DNA from: Escherichia coli
Lineage (GTDB): Bacteria > Pseudomonadota > Gammaproteobacteria > Enterobacterales > Enterobacteriaceae
Assembly: GCF_016903815.1 (NCBI RefSeq)
Contig: NZ_CP069973.1
Length of the DNA stretch: 64,000 nt
Reading direction: 5' to 3' (one strand)
In this document: one piece after another, positions 1-19,106 of the stretch
Layout: each line of letters opens with the position of its first letter
Position numbering within the stretch: the first letter of the stretch is position 1
Translations under genes and position numbers: made by a program
Notes under the pieces: model-generated
Database searches by the model: none
What the model was told of the DNA's origin: nothing
The model's input: only the letters and a program-made list of their open reading frames with translations

Positions 1-408
<408 letters not shown>

Positions 409-486
409 TTTTTTCATCGCTCAAGGCGGGCCGTGTAACGTATAATGCGGCCTTGTTTAATCATCATCTACCACAGAGGAACATGT

Positions 487-756
487 ATGGGTGGTATCAG
501 TATTTGGCAGTTATTGATTATTGCCGTCATCGTTGTACTGCTTTTTGGCACCAAAAAGCTCGGCTCCATCGGTTCCGATCTTGGTGCGTCGATCAAAGGC
601 TTTAAAAAAGCAATGAGCGATGATGAACCAAAGCAGGATAAAACCAGTCAGGATGCTGATTTTACTGCGAAAACTATCGCCGATAAGCAGGCGGATACGA
701 ATCAGGAACAGGCTAAAACAGAAGACGCGAAGCGCCACGATAAAGAGCAGGTGTAA
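487..756 (+). CDS. tatA: Sec-independent translocase subunit TatA (89 aa)
   Basis: Track ORF 445..756; an internal ATG at 487 gives [27 protein letters not shown]..., matching recalled TatA. Confidence 0.95.
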   Translation: MGGISIWQLLIIAVIVVLLFGTKKLGSIGSDLGASIKGFKKAMSDDEPKQDKTSQDADFTAKTIADKQADTNQEQAKTEDAKRHDKEQV

Positions 757-759
757 TCC

Positions 760-1275
760 GTGTTTGATATCGGTTTTAGCGAACTGCTATTGGTATTCAT
801 CATCGGCCTCGTCGTTCTGGGGCCGCAACGACTGCCTGTGGCGGTAAAAACGGTCGCGGGCTGGATTCGCGCGTTGCGTTCACTGGCGACAACGGTGCAG
901 AACGAACTGACCCAGGAGTTAAAACTCCAGGAGTTTCAGGACAGTCTGAAAAAGGTTGAAAAGGCGAGCCTCACTAACCTGACGCCCGAACTGAAAGCGT
1001 CGATGGATGAACTACGCCAGGCCGCGGAGTCGATGAAGCGTTCCTACGTTGCAAACGATCCTGAAAAGGCGAGCGATGAAGCGCACACCATCCACAACCC
1101 GGTGGTGAAAGACAATGAAACTGCGCATGAAGGCGTAACGCCTGCTGCTGCACAAACGCAGGCCAGTTCGCCGGAACAGAAGCCAGAAACCACGCCAGAG
1201 CCGGTGGTAAAACCTGCTGCGGACGCTGAACCGAAAACCGCTGCACCTTCCCCTTCGTCGAGTGATAAACCGTAA
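760..1275 (+). CDS. tatB: Sec-independent translocase subunit TatB (171 aa, GTG start)
   Basis: Translation [26 protein letters not shown]... matches TatB; 3-bp gap after tatA. Confidence 0.95.
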
Positions 1276-1277
1276 AC

Positions 1278-2054
1278 ATGTCTGTAGAAGATACTCAACC
1301 GCTTATCACGCATCTGATTGAGCTGCGTAAGCGTCTGCTGAACTGCATTATCGCGGTGATCGTGATATTCCTGTGTCTGGTCTATTTCGCCAATGACATC
1401 TATCACCTGGTATCCGCGCCATTGATCAAGCAGTTGCCGCAAGGTTCAACGATGATCGCCACCGACGTGGCCTCACCGTTCTTTACGCCGATCAAGCTGA
1501 CCTTTATGGTGTCGCTGATTCTGTCAGCGCCGGTGATTCTCTATCAGGTGTGGGCGTTTATCGCCCCAGCGCTGTATAAGCATGAACGTCGCCTGGTGGT
1601 GCCGCTGCTGGTTTCCAGCTCTCTGTTGTTTTATATCGGCATGGCGTTCGCCTACTTTGTGGTCTTTCCGCTGGCATTTGGCTTCCTTGCCAATACCGCG
1701 CCGGAAGGGGTACAGGTATCCACCGACATCGCCAGCTATTTAAGCTTCGTTATGGCGCTGTTTATGGCGTTTGGTGTCTCCTTTGAAGTGCCGGTGGCAA
1801 TAGTGCTGCTGTGCTGGATGGGGATTACCTCGCCAGAAGACTTACGCAAAAAACGCCCGTATGTGCTGGTTGGTGCATTCGTTGTCGGGATGCTGCTGAC
1901 ACCGCCGGATGTCTTCTCGCAAACGCTGTTGGCGATCCCTATGTACTGTCTGTTTGAAATCGGTGTCTTCTTCTCACGCTTTTACGTTGGTAAAGGGCGA
2001 AATCGGGAAGAGGAAAACGACGCTGAAGCAGAAAGCGAAAAAACTGAAGAATAA
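1278..2054 (+). CDS. tatC: Sec-independent translocase subunit TatC (258 aa)
   Basis: Translation [25 protein letters not shown]... is polytopic and matches TatC. Confidence 0.95.
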
Positions 2055-2095
2055 ATTCAACCGCCCGACAGGGCGGTTGTCATATGGAGTACAGG

Positions 2096-3408
<1,313 letters not shown>

Positions 3409-3529
3409 TTACGCTAAGTTAATTATATTCCCCGGTTTGCGTTATACCGTCAGAGTTCACGCTAATTTAACAAATTTACAGCATCGCAAAGATGAACGCC
3501 GTATAATGGGCGCAGATTAAGAGGCTACA

Positions 3530-5023
3530 ATGGACGCCATGAAATATAACGATTTACGCGACTTCTTGACGCTGCTTGAACAGCAGGGTGAGCTAAAACG
3601 TATCACGCTCCCGGTGGATCCGCATCTGGAAATCACTGAAATTGCTGACCGTACTTTGCGTGCCGGTGGGCCTGCGCTGTTGTTCGAAAACCCTAAAGGC
3701 TACTCAATGCCGGTGCTGTGCAACCTGTTCGGTACGCCAAAGCGCGTGGCGATGGGCATGGGGCAGGAAGATGTTTCGGCGCTGCGTGAAGTTGGTAAAT
3801 TATTGGCGTTTCTGAAAGAGCCGGAGCCGCCAAAAGGTTTCCGCGACCTGTTTGATAAACTGCCGCAGTTTAAGCAAGTATTGAACATGCCGACAAAGCG
3901 ACTGCGTGGTGCGCCGTGTCAGCAAAAAATTATCTCCGGCGATGACGTCGATCTTCACCGTATCCCCATTATGACCTGCTGGCCGGAAGACGCCGCGCCG
4001 CTGATTACCTGGGGGTTGACCGTGACGCGCGGCCCGCATAAAGAGCGGCAGAATCTGGGCATTTATCGCCAGCAGCTGATTGGTAAAAACAAATTGATTA
4101 TGCGCTGGCTGTCGCATCGCGGCGGCGCGCTGGATTTCCAGGAGTGGTGTGCGGCGCATCCGGGCGAACGTTTCCCGGTTTCTGTGGCGCTGGGTGCTGA
4201 TCCCGCCACAATTCTCGGTGCAGTCACCCCCGTTCCAGATACGCTTTCAGAGTATGCGTTTGCCGGATTGCTGCGCGGCACCAAGACCGAAGTGGTGAAG
4301 TGTATCTCCAATGACCTTGAAGTGCCCGCCAGTGCGGAGATAGTGCTGGAAGGGTATATCGAACAAGGCGAAACTGCGCCGGAAGGGCCGTATGGCGACC
4401 ACACCGGTTACTATAACGAAGTCGATAGTTTCCCGGTATTTACTGTGACGCATATTACCCAGCGTGAAGATGCGATTTATCATTCCACCTATACCGGGCG
4501 TCCGCCGGATGAACCTGCGGTGCTGGGTGTCGCACTGAACGAAGTGTTTGTGCCGATTCTGCAAAAACAGTTCCCGGAAATTGTCGATTTTTACCTGCCG
4601 CCGGAAGGCTGCTCTTATCGCCTGGCGGTAGTGACGATCAAAAAACAGTACGCCGGACACGCGAAGCGCGTCATGATGGGCGTCTGGTCGTTCTTACGCC
4701 AGTTTATGTACACTAAATTTGTGATCGTTTGCGATGATGACGTCAACGCACGCGACTGGAACGATGTGATTTGGGCGATTACCACCCGTATGGACCCGGC
4801 GCGGGACACGGTGTTGGTCGAAAATACGCCTATTGATTATCTGGATTTTGCCTCGCCTGTGTCCGGGCTGGGTTCAAAAATGGGGCTGGATGCCACGAAT
4901 AAATGGCCAGGGGAAACCCAGCGTGAATGGGGACGTCCCATCAAAAAAGATCCGGATGTTGTCGCGCATATTGACGCCATCTGGGATGAACTGGCTATTT
5001 TTAACAACGGTAAAAGCGCCTGA
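3530..5023 (+). CDS. ubiD: 3-octaprenyl-4-hydroxybenzoate decarboxylase UbiD (497 aa)
   Basis: Translation [41 protein letters not shown]... matches UbiD. Confidence 0.95.
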   Translation: MDAMKYNDLRDFLTLLEQQGELKRITLPVDPHLEITEIADRTLRAGGPALLFENPKGYSMPVLCNLFGTPKRVAMGMGQEDVSALREVGKLLAFLKEPEPPKGFRDLFDKLPQFKQVLNMPTKRLRGAPCQQKIISGDDVDLHRIPIMTCWPEDAAPLITWGLTVTRGPHKERQNLGIYRQQLIGKNKLIMRWLSHRGGALDFQEWCAAHPGERFPVSVALGADPATILGAVTPVPDTLSEYAFAGLLRGTKTEVVKCISNDLEVPASAEIVLEGYIEQGETAPEGPYGDHTGYYNEVDSFPVFTVTHITQREDAIYHSTYTGRPPDEPAVLGVALNEVFVPILQKQFPEIVDFYLPPEGCSYRLAVVTIKKQYAGHAKRVMMGVWSFLRQFMYTKFVIVCDDDVNARDWNDVIWAITTRMDPARDTVLVENTPIDYLDFASPVSGLGSKMGLDATNKWPGETQREWGRPIKKDPDVVAHIDAIWDELAIFNNGKSA

Positions 5024-5068
5024 TGCGCGTTTGTTTTGCCCTATTTATCGATCCGACAGAGAAAGCGC

Positions 5069-5770
5069 ATGACAACCTTAAGCTGTAAAGTGACCTCGGT
5101 AGAAGCTATCACGGATACCGTATATCGTGTCCGCATCGTGCCAGACGCGGCCTTTTCTTTTCGTGCTGGTCAGTATTTGATGGTAGTGATGGATGAGCGT
5201 GACAAACGTCCGTTCTCAATGGCTTCGACGCCGGATGAAAAAGGTTTCATCGAGCTGCATATTGGCGCTTCTGAAATCAACCTTTACGCGAAAGCAGTCA
5301 TGGACCGCATTCTTAAAGATCATCAAATCGTGGTCGATATTCCGCACGGTGAGGCATGGCTGCGCGATGATGAAGAACGTCCAATGATTCTCATCGCGGG
5401 CGGCACCGGGTTCTCTTATGCGCGCTCGATTTTGCTGACGGCGCTGGCGCGTAACCCAAACCGTGATATCACCATTTACTGGGGCGGGCGTGAAGAGCAG
5501 CATCTTTATGATCTCTCCGAGCTTGAGGCGCTTTCGCTTAAGCACCCTGGTCTGCAAGTGGTGCCGGTGGTTGAACAACCGGAAGCGGGCTGGCGTGGGC
5601 GTACTGGCACTGTGTTAACGGCGGTATTGCAGGATCACGGTACGCTGGCAGAGCATGATATCTATATTGCCGGACGTTTTGAGATGGCGAAAATTGCCCG
5701 TGACCTGTTTTGCAGTGAGCGTAATGCGCGGGAAGATCGCCTGTTTGGCGATGCGTTTGCATTTATCTGA
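5069..5770 (+). CDS. fre: NAD(P)H-flavin reductase Fre (233 aa)
   Basis: Track ORF 5036..5770; the internal ATG at 5069 gives [26 protein letters not shown]..., matching Fre. Confidence 0.93.
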   Translation: MTTLSCKVTSVEAITDTVYRVRIVPDAAFSFRAGQYLMVVMDERDKRPFSMASTPDEKGFIELHIGASEINLYAKAVMDRILKDHQIVVDIPHGEAWLRDDEERPMILIAGGTGFSYARSILLTALARNPNRDITIYWGGREEQHLYDLSELEALSLKHPGLQVVPVVEQPEAGWRGRTGTVLTAVLQDHGTLAEHDIYIAGRFEMAKIARDLFCSERNAREDRLFGDAFAFI

Positions 5771-5778
5771 GATATAAA

Positions 5779-5799
5779 AAACCCGCCCCTGACAGGCGG
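5779..5799. terminator. GC-rich hairpin (cccgcccctgacaggcggg) after fre; a T-run follows on the minus strand, so it may also terminate fadBA
   Basis: Inverted repeat read directly in the sequence between the fre stop and the REP cluster. Confidence 0.5.
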
Positions 5800-5844
5800 G
5801 AAGAACGGCAACTAAAACTTTATACAGTGGCATTTAGATCTATG

Positions 5845-5950
5845 TCGCATCCGGCATACGCTGCCTGATGCGACGCTGGCGCGTCTTATCAGGCCTACAT
5901 TGGTGCTGGATCGGTAGACCGGATAAGGCGTCACGCCGCATCCGGCAAGT
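5845..5950. repeat. REP/BIME palindromic units between fre and fadA
   Basis: gcctgatgcgacgctggcgcgtcttatcaggcctac and ccggataaggcgtcacgccgcatccggca are canonical enterobacterial REP consensus. Confidence 0.75.
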
Positions 5951-5952
5951 GG

Positions 5953-7125
<1,173 letters not shown>

Positions 7126-9315
7126 TTAAGCCGTTTTCAGGTCGCCAACCGGACGGGCTGGCTCAACCGGGGGATAGTACGGTTCGTTATGACGCGCTTT
7201 ATTACGCAGACCTTCCGGCACTTCATACAGCGGGCCGAGGTGCTGATATTGCTGTGCCATATCGAGGTATTTTGCGCTACCGAGGGTGTCCAGCCAGCGG
7301 AACGCACCGCCGTGGAACGGAGGGAAGCCCAGGCCGTAGACCAGCGCCATATCCGCTTCTGCCGGAGTGGCGATAATGCCTTCTTCCAGACAGCGGACCA
7401 CTTCGTTGACCATCGGGATCATCATGCGGGCGATAATCTCTTCTTCGCTGAAATCGCGCTTCGGCTGGCTCACTTCTGCCAGCAGGTCGTCAACGACGGC
7501 GTCTTCTTCTTTCTTCGGCTTACCTTTGCTGTCTTCTTTATAACGCCAGAAACCGAGGCCGTTCTTCTGACCAAAGCGGTTGGCATCAAACAGCGCGTCG
7601 ATGGTATCGCGATAATCTTTCTGCATCCGCTGCGGGAAGCCTGCTGCCATGACAGCCTGGGCATGATGCGCGGTGTCAATGCCCACAACGTCCAGCAGAT
7701 ATGCCGGACCCATAGGCCAGCCAAACTGTTTTTCCATCACTTTGTCGATCTTGCGGAAATCCGCGCCGTCGCGCAGCAGCTGGCTGAAACCCGCGAAGTA
7801 GGGGAACAGCACGCGGTTAACGAAGAATCCGGGGCAGTCGTTAACCACAATCGGCGTTTTGCCCATCTTGCTCGCCCAGGCGACGACTTTCGCGATGGTT
7901 TCGTCGGAGCTTTTCTCGCCGCGAATAATTTCCACCAACGGCATCCGGTGCACCGGGTTAAAGAAGTGCATCCCGCAGAAGTTTTCCGGACGTTCCAGCG
8001 CGTTGGCCAGTTCGCTGATAGGAATGGTTGAAGTGTTAGACGCCAGCACGGTATCCGGGCGTACTTTCTGCTCGGTTTCTGCCAGTACGGCTTTTTTCAC
8101 TTTCGGGTTTTCGACAACCGCTTCTACCACAACATCCACGCGGTCAAAACCAGAGTAATCGAGCGTTGGGTGGATTGTGGAGATCACGCCAGCCAGTTTC
8201 AGACCATCGATCTTGCCGCGCTCAAGCTGCTTGTTCAGCAGTTTCGCGGCTTCGGTCATGCCGAGGGTTAACGACTTGTCGTTGATATCTTTCATGACAA
8301 CCGGTACGCCTTTCCACGCAGACTGGTAAGCGATGCCGCCACCCATAATGCCTGCGCCCAGCACAGCGGCCTGTTTCGGGGTTTCAACGTCTTTGGTGAG
8401 TTTCTTCGCTTTGCCTTTTACATATTGATCGTTAAGGAAAATGCCGACCAGTGCGCGGGCTTCGTTGGTGTGCGCCAGCGGGACAAAGCTTTTGTTTTCC
8501 AGATTTAATGCTTCTTCACGACCAAAACGGGCCGCCGCTTCAATGGTTTTTACTGCGGTGATGGGGGCCGGATAATGTTTCCCCGCCGTTTGTGCGACCA
8601 TCCCTTTAGCGATGGTGAAGCTCATGGTGGCTTCAATCTTGCTCAGTTTTAGCGGTTCCAGCTTCGGCTGACGTTTCGCTTTCCAGTCGAGGTCGCCGTT
8701 AATGGCCTGGCGTAAAATCGCCATCGCCCCTTCAACCAGTTTTTCTGCTTTGACTACACCATCCACCAGACCGATTTTCAGCGCCTGATCCGCGCCGACA
8801 TCTTTACCGGCGGCAATGATTTCCAGCGCACTGTCAGCGCCCAGCATACGTGGCATACGTACAGAACCGCCAAAGCCCGGCATGATGCCCAGTTTGGTTT
8901 CCGGCAGACCGATGCGCAGATCCGGCGTCGCCAGACGATAATCGGTCGCCAGCACGCATTCGCAGCCACCGCCCAGCGCATAGCCGTTGACGGCAGCAAT
9001 GGTCGGCACCGGGAGATCTTCCAGGCGATTAAACACGCTATTGGCAAAGTGCAGCCACTGACTTAACTGTTCTTCAGGAACGAGGAACAGGGACAAAAAT
9101 TCGGTGATATCAGCACCGACGATAAAGGCTGATTTGTTCGAACGTAGCAGCAGCCCTTTTAGATCTGATTGCTGTTCCAGCACGCCGATGGCCTCGCCGA
9201 GGCTGGCGACGGTCGCAGTGTCGAGTTTATTAACTGAACCTGGGGCATCAAATACCAGTTCGGCAATGCCATCTTCCAGCCAGTCAAGGTACAGGGTGTC
9301 GCCTTTGTAAAGCAT
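7126..9315 (-). CDS. fadB: Fatty acid oxidation complex alpha subunit FadB (729 aa)
   Basis: Track ORF 7126..9441; the K-12 protein starts [23 protein letters not shown]..., which sets the start codon at 9313-9315. Confidence 0.95.
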   Translation of the reverse strand: MLYKGDTLYLDWLEDGIAELVFDAPGSVNKLDTATVASLGEAIGVLEQQSDLKGLLLRSNKSAFIVGADITEFLSLFLVPEEQLSQWLHFANSVFNRLEDLPVPTIAAVNGYALGGGCECVLATDYRLATPDLRIGLPETKLGIMPGFGGSVRMPRMLGADSALEIIAAGKDVGADQALKIGLVDGVVKAEKLVEGAMAILRQAINGDLDWKAKRQPKLEPLKLSKIEATMSFTIAKGMVAQTAGKHYPAPITAVKTIEAAARFGREEALNLENKSFVPLAHTNEARALVGIFLNDQYVKGKAKKLTKDVETPKQAAVLGAGIMGGGIAYQSAWKGVPVVMKDINDKSLTLGMTEAAKLLNKQLERGKIDGLKLAGVISTIHPTLDYSGFDRVDVVVEAVVENPKVKKAVLAETEQKVRPDTVLASNTSTIPISELANALERPENFCGMHFFNPVHRMPLVEIIRGEKSSDETIAKVVAWASKMGKTPIVVNDCPGFFVNRVLFPYFAGFSQLLRDGADFRKIDKVMEKQFGWPMGPAYLLDVVGIDTAHHAQAVMAAGFPQRMQKDYRDTIDALFDANRFGQKNGLGFWRYKEDSKGKPKKEEDAVVDDLLAEVSQPKRDFSEEEIIARMMIPMVNEVVRCLEEGIIATPAEADMALVYGLGFPPFHGGAFRWLDTLGSAKYLDMAQQYQHLGPLYEVPEGLRNKARHNEPYYPPVEPARPVGDLKTA

Positions 9316-9340
9316 GTCAGTCTCCTGAATCCGCAAGGTG

Positions 9341-9357
9341 ATCTGGTCGTACCAGAT
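9341..9357. promoter_or_regulatory. FadR operator palindrome (ATCTGGTCGTACCAGAT) in the fadBA promoter
   Basis: A perfect 17-bp palindrome about 25 bp upstream of the fadB start, matching the recalled FadR site of fadB. Confidence 0.7.
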
Positions 9358-9504
9358 GCATCGAAGTGTGTATTTTGTGTTAAAAATATGCAAATAAAAG
9401 ATTAAAGAAATGCCGATCTGATCACGCTCGGCAGAAATCACGCTCTGGATGAACGATGTGCTAAGATGCGGAGACTTAAGGTCAAAAAAACAGAAGGGTA
9501 AAAA

Positions 9505-10836
9505 ATGGAATCACTGGCCTCACTCTATAAAAATCATATAGCTACCTTACAAGAACGGACTCGCGATGCGCTGGCGCGCTTCAAGCTGGATGCGTTACTT
9601 ATTCACTCCGGCGAACTGTTCAACGTTTTTCTCGACGATCATCCCTATCCGTTTAAAGTGAATCCGCAATTCAAAGCGTGGGTGCCGGTAACTCAGGTGC
9701 CAAACTGCTGGCTGTTGGTGGATGGCGTGAACAAGCCGAAACTGTGGTTTTATCTGCCGGTTGATTACTGGCACAACGTCGAACCGCTGCCGACCTCCTT
9801 CTGGACTGAAGATGTAGAAGTGATCGCGCTGCCGAAAGCCGATGGCATTGGTAGCCTGCTGCCTGCTGCGCGCGGGAATATCGGTTATATCGGTCCGGTG
9901 CCGGAGCGTGCGCTGCAACTGGGTATTGAGGCCAGCAATATCAACCCGAAAGGGGTGATCGACTACCTGCATTACTACCGCTCCTTCAAAACCGAGTACG
10001 AACTGGCCTGTATGCGTGAAGCGCAGAAAATGGCGGTCAACGGTCATCGCGCGGCAGAAGAAGCGTTCCGTTCTGGCATGAGCGAGTTCGATATCAATAT
10101 TGCCTATCTGACCGCGACCGGTCATCGTGATACCGACGTACCTTACAGCAACATTGTGGCGCTTAACGAACACGCTGCGGTGTTGCATTACACCAAACTG
10201 GACCACCAGGCACCGGAAGAGATGCGCAGCTTCCTGCTGGATGCCGGGGCCGAATATAACGGCTATGCGGCTGACCTGACCCGTACCTGGTCGGCAAAAA
10301 GCGATAACGACTACGCACAGCTGGTGAAAGACGTAAATGATGAACAACTGGCGCTGATCGCCACCATGAAAGCAGGCGTCAGCTATGTGGATTACCACAT
10401 CCAGTTCCATCAGCGCATCGCCAAACTGCTGCGTAAACATCAAATCATCACCGATATGAGTGAAGAAGCGATGGTCGAAAACGATCTCACCGGACCGTTT
10501 ATGCCGCACGGTATCGGCCATCCGCTGGGCCTGCAGGTGCATGACGTAGCCGGTTTTATGCAGGATGATAGCGGTACGCACCTCGCGGCACCGGCAAAAT
10601 ATCCGTACCTGCGCTGCACCCGTATTCTCCAGCCGGGCATGGTGTTAACCATCGAGCCGGGTATCTACTTCATCGAATCGCTACTGGCACCGTGGCGTGA
10701 AGGGCAGTTCAGTAAACACTTTAACTGGCAGAAAATTGAAGCACTGAAACCGTTCGGCGGCATTCGTATCGAAGACAACGTGGTGATCCACGAAAACAAC
10801 GTGGAAAACATGACCCGGGATCTGAAACTGGCGTGA
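9505..10836 (+). CDS. pepQ: Xaa-Pro dipeptidase PepQ (443 aa)
   Basis: Translation [37 protein letters not shown]... matches PepQ. Confidence 0.95.
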
Positions 10837-11450
10837 TGGAAAGCTGGTTAATTCCTGCGGCACCAGTCACGGTCGTTGAAGAGATCAAAAAGAGCCGCTT
10901 CATAACGATGTTGGCGCATACCGATGGCGTTGAGGCGGCGAAAGCGTTTGTTGAATCGGTGCGGGCAGAACACCCCGATGCCCGCCACCATTGCGTGGCG
11001 TGGGTGGCGGGTGCGCCGGATGATTCTCAACAGCTCGGTTTCTCTGACGACGGGGAACCGGCGGGAACGGCCGGTAAACCGATGCTCGCCCAACTAATGG
11101 GCAGCGGCGTCGGGGAAATTACCGCTGTGGTGGTGCGCTACTACGGCGGCATATTGCTTGGTACCGGTGGGTTAGTGAAAGCGTATGGCGGCGGAGTGAA
11201 TCAGGCGCTGCGCCAGCTAACGACCCAACGCAAGACGCCATTAACCGAATATACTTTGCAATGTGAATATAGTCAGTTAACCGGCATTGAAGCGTTGCTG
11301 GGGCAGTGTGACGGCAAAATTATCAACAGTGATTATCAGGCATTCGTTCTGCTGCGGGTGGCGCTTCCGGCGGCGAAAGTGGCTGAATTTTCCGCAAAGC
11401 TGGCGGATTTTAGCCGTGGTTCATTGCAATTGTTAGCGATTGAAGAATAA
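10836..11450 (+). CDS. yigZ: IMPACT-family protein YigZ (204 aa)
   Basis: Translation [22 protein letters not shown]...; the ATG overlaps the pepQ stop (ATGA-type junction). Confidence 0.9.
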   Translation: MESWLIPAAPVTVVEEIKKSRFITMLAHTDGVEAAKAFVESVRAEHPDARHHCVAWVAGAPDDSQQLGFSDDGEPAGTAGKPMLAQLMGSGVGEITAVVVRYYGGILLGTGGLVKAYGGGVNQALRQLTTQRKTPLTEYTLQCEYSQLTGIEALLGQCDGKIINSDYQAFVLLRVALPAAKVAEFSAKLADFSRGSLQLLAIEE

Positions 11451-11488
11451 TCCCCACTTCGTTTTGCAGAACTAAGGAAGCGGCAGAG

Positions 11489-12940
11489 ATGCATTTTCGC
11501 GCCATTACCCGAATCGTTGGACTACTGGTCATCTTATTTTCAGGGACCATGATTATCCCTGGGCTGGTAGCACTCATCTACCGGGATGGAGCGGGCCGCG
11601 CTTTTACCCAGACCTTTTTTGTCGCCCTCGCCATTGGCTCTATGCTGTGGTGGCCGAACCGCAAAGAGAAGGGCGAACTGAAATCCCGTGAGGGGTTTCT
11701 GATAGTGGTGCTGTTCTGGACCGTGCTGGGTAGCGTCGGTGCGCTCCCTTTTATCTTCTCGGAAAGCCCGAACCTCACGATTACCGATGCGTTTTTTGAA
11801 TCTTTCTCTGGCCTGACCACCACGGGGGCCACTACGCTGGTGGGGCTGGATTCGCTCCCTCACGCCATCCTCTTTTATCGCCAGATGCTGCAATGGTTTG
11901 GCGGGATGGGGATCATCGTGTTGGCGGTTGCGATACTGCCTATCCTCGGCGTGGGTGGGATGCAGCTCTATCGCGCAGAAATGCCCGGCCCGCTGAAAGA
12001 TAACAAAATGCGCCCGCGAATTGCGGAAACGGCGAAAACCCTGTGGTTGATTTATGTCTTGCTGACCGTCGCCTGTGCGCTGGCGTTGTGGTTTGCCGGA
12101 ATGGATGCCTTTGATGCCATCGGCCATAGCTTTGCGACTATCGCTATTGGCGGCTTCTCGACACATGATGCCAGTATCGGTTATTTCGACAGCCCGACAA
12201 TTAACACTATCATTGCTATCTTCCTGTTGATCTCCGGCTGTAACTACGGTCTGCACTTTTCGCTGTTAAGTGGGCGTAGTCTGAAGGTTTATTGGCGCGA
12301 TCCGGAATTTCGCATGTTTATCGGCGTACAGTTTACGCTGGTGATTATTTGTACCCTCGTGCTGTGGTTTCATAATGTCTATAGTTCGGCGCTGATGACA
12401 ATTAACCAGGCGTTTTTCCAGGTGGTGTCGATGGCGACAACCGCCGGGTTTACGACTGACAGCATTGCCCGCTGGCCGCTCTTTTTGCCGGTACTGCTCT
12501 TATGTTCAGCTTTTATCGGCGGTTGTGCCGGGTCAACGGGCGGTGGCCTGAAAGTGATCCGCATCCTGCTGCTGTTTAAGCAGGGGAACCGTGAGCTGAA
12601 ACGACTGGTGCATCCGAACGCCGTCTATAGCATTAAGCTGGGGAATCGCGCACTGCCGGAACGTATCCTCGAAGCCGTTTGGGGATTTTTCTCCGCCTAT
12701 GCATTGGTGTTTATTGTCAGTATGCTGGCGATTATCGCCACGGGCGTGGATGACTTTTCTGCCTTTGCCTCAGTTGTTGCGACATTGAATAACCTGGGGC
12801 CAGGGCTTGGCGTGGTTGCTGATAACTTTACCAGTATGAACCCGGTGGCTAAATGGATCCTGATTGCCAACATGCTGTTTGGTCGTCTTGAGGTCTTTAC
12901 ATTGCTGGTGCTCTTTACCCCGACTTTCTGGCGTGAATGA
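11489..12940 (+). CDS. trkH: Potassium uptake protein TrkH (483 aa)
   Basis: Translation MHFRAITRIVGLLVILFSGTMIIPGLVALIYRDGAGRAF... matches TrkH. Confidence 0.95.
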   Translation: MHFRAITRIVGLLVILFSGTMIIPGLVALIYRDGAGRAFTQTFFVALAIGSMLWWPNRKEKGELKSREGFLIVVLFWTVLGSVGALPFIFSESPNLTITDAFFESFSGLTTTGATTLVGLDSLPHAILFYRQMLQWFGGMGIIVLAVAILPILGVGGMQLYRAEMPGPLKDNKMRPRIAETAKTLWLIYVLLTVACALALWFAGMDAFDAIGHSFATIAIGGFSTHDASIGYFDSPTINTIIAIFLLISGCNYGLHFSLLSGRSLKVYWRDPEFRMFIGVQFTLVIICTLVLWFHNVYSSALMTINQAFFQVVSMATTAGFTTDSIARWPLFLPVLLLCSAFIGGCAGSTGGGLKVIRILLLFKQGNRELKRLVHPNAVYSIKLGNRALPERILEAVWGFFSAYALVFIVSMLAIIATGVDDFSAFASVVATLNNLGPGLGVVADNFTSMNPVAKWILIANMLFGRLEVFTLLVLFTPTFWRE

Positions 12941-12951
12941 TGGAGTAATAC

Positions 12952-13497
12952 GTGAAAACATTAATTCTTTTCTCAACAAGGGACGGACAAACGCGCGAGA
13001 TTGCCTCCTACCTGGCTTCGGAACTGAAAGAACTGGGGATCCAGGCGGATGTCGCCAATGTGCACCGCATTGAAGAACCACAGTGGGAAAACTACGACCG
13101 TGTGGTCATTGGTGCTTCTATTCGCTATGGTCACTACCACTCTGCGTTCCAGGAATTTGTCAAAAAGCATGCGACGCGGCTGAATTCGATGCCGAGCGCC
13201 TTTTACTCCGTAAACCTGGTGGCGCGTAAACCTGAGAAGCGTACTCCACAGACCAACAGCTACGCGCGGAAGTTTCTGATGAGTTCACAATGGCGTCCCG
13301 ATCGCTGCGCGGTCATTGCCGGGGCGCTGCGTTACCCACGTTATCGCTGGTATGACCGTTTTATGATCAAGTTAATTATGAAGATGTCAGGCGGTGAAAC
13401 GGATACGCGCAAAGAAGTTGTCTATACCGATTGGGAGCAGGTGGCGAATTTCGCCCGAGAAATCGCCCATTTAACCGACAAACCGACGCTGAAATAA
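12952..13497 (+). CDS. hemG: Protoporphyrinogen oxidase HemG (181 aa, GTG start)
   Basis: Translation [34 protein letters not shown]... is flavodoxin-like and matches HemG. Confidence 0.95.
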   Translation: MKTLILFSTRDGQTREIASYLASELKELGIQADVANVHRIEEPQWENYDRVVIGASIRYGHYHSAFQEFVKKHATRLNSMPSAFYSVNLVARKPEKRTPQTNSYARKFLMSSQWRPDRCAVIAGALRYPRYRWYDRFMIKLIMKMSGGETDTRKEVVYTDWEQVANFAREIAHLTDKPTLK

Positions 13498-13546
13498 GCA
13501 TAAAGAATAAAAAATGCGCGGTCAGAAAATTATTTTAAATTTCCTC

Positions 13547-13574
13547 TTGTCAGGCCGGAATAACTCCCTATAAT
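13547..13574 (+). promoter_or_regulatory. rrnA P1 promoter (TTGTCA -35, 16-bp spacer, TATAAT -10) with an A/T-rich UP region upstream
   Basis: Hexamers read directly at 13547-13552 and 13569-13574. Confidence 0.8.
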
Positions 13575-13665
13575 GCGCCACCACTGACACGGAACAACGG
13601 CAAACACGCCGCCGGGTCAGCGGGGTTCTCCTGAGAATCTCAACAGGGAAAAGCAAAAAAAATGC

Positions 13666-13693
13666 TTGACTCTGTAGCGGGAAAGCGTATTAT
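13666..13693 (+). promoter_or_regulatory. rrnA P2 promoter (TTGACT -35, TATTAT -10)
   Basis: Hexamers at 13666-13671 and 13688-13693 with a 16-bp spacer. Confidence 0.8.
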
Positions 13694-13730
13694 GCACACC
13701 CCGCGCCGCTGAGAAAAAGCGAAGCGGCAC

Positions 13731-13747
13731 TGCTCTTTAACAATTTA
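13731..13747 (+). promoter_or_regulatory. rrn leader boxA antitermination element (tgctctttaacaattta)
   Basis: Matches the rrn boxA consensus GCTCTTTAACAA in the leader between P2 and the 16S gene. Confidence 0.7.
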
Positions 13748-13874
13748 TCAGACAATCTGTGTGGGCACTCGAAGATACGGATTCTTAACGTCGCAAGACG
13801 ATAAATGAATACCAAGTCTCAAGAGTGAACACGTAATTCATTACGAAGTTTAATTCTTTGAGCATCAAACTTTT

Positions 13875-15416
<1,542 letters not shown>

Positions 15417-15484
15417 CCTTAAAGAACTGTGCTTTGCAGTGCTCACACAGATTGTCTGATGAAAATGAGCAGTAAAACCTCTAC

Positions 15485-15561
<77 letters not shown>

Positions 15562-15603
15562 AATTTGCACCGCAAATTTGAAGAGGTTTTAACTACATGT
15601 TAT

Positions 15604-15679
15604 GGGGCTATAGCTCAGCTGGGAGAGCGCCTGCTTTGCACGCAGGAGGTCTGCGGTTCGATCCCGCATAGCTCCACCA
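15604..15679 (+). tRNA. alaT: tRNA-Ala (anticodon TGC) in the 16S-23S spacer
   Basis: GGGGCTATAGCTCAGCTGGGAGAGCGCCTGCTTTGCACGCAGGAGGTCTGCGGTTCGATCCCGCATAGCTCCACCA. Confidence 0.97.
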
Positions 15680-15862
15680 TCTCTGTAGTGATTAAATAAA
15701 AAATACTTCAGAGTGTACCTGCAAAGGTTCACTGCGAAGTTTTGCTCTTTAAAAATCTGGATCAAGCTGAAAATTGAAACACTGAACAATGAAAGTTGTT
15801 CGTGAGTCTCTCAAATTTTCGCAACACGATGATGAATCGAAAGAAACATCTTCGGGTTGTGA

Positions 15863-18767
<2,905 letters not shown>

Positions 18768-18859
18768 ACAACGCCGAAGGTGTTTTGGCGGATGAGAGAA
18801 GATTTTCAGCCTGATACAGATTAAATCAGAACGCAGAAGCGGTCTGATGAAACAGAATT

Positions 18860-18979
18860 TGCCTGGCGGCCTTAGCGCGGTGGTCCCACCTGACCCCATG
18901 CCGAACTCAGAAGTGAAACGCCGTAGCGCCGATGGTAGTGTGGGGTCTCCCCATGCGAGAGTAGGGAACTGCCAGGCAT
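18860..18979 (+). rRNA. rrfA: 5S ribosomal RNA, 120 nt
   Basis: TGCCTGGCGGC...GGGAACTGCCAGGCAT, the canonical E. coli 5S ends. Confidence 0.95.
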
Positions 18980-18990
18980 CAAATTAAGCG

Positions 18991-19018
18991 AAAGGCCATC
19001 CGTCAGGATGGCCTTTTT
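18991..19018 (+). terminator. rrnA rho-independent terminator (aaaggccatccgtcaggatggccttttt)
   Basis: Perfect stem ggccatcc/ggatggcc followed by a T-run just after the 5S gene. Confidence 0.8.
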
Positions 19019-19106
19019 GCATTGGTGCAAAACAAATGCCGGATGCGACGCTGGCTGAACTGCACCCCAAATGTTGGACATAATCTGACATCTGAAGGTG
19101 CAGTTT

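Noticed and set aside
18860-18979. 5S rRNA carrying substitutions relative to my recalled K-12 sequence (for example ccttagcgcgg), possibly a degenerate copy
   Set aside because: The length (120 nt), both ends and the helices are intact; ordinary inter-operon or strain polymorphism is the simpler explanation, and my recall of the reference is not exact.
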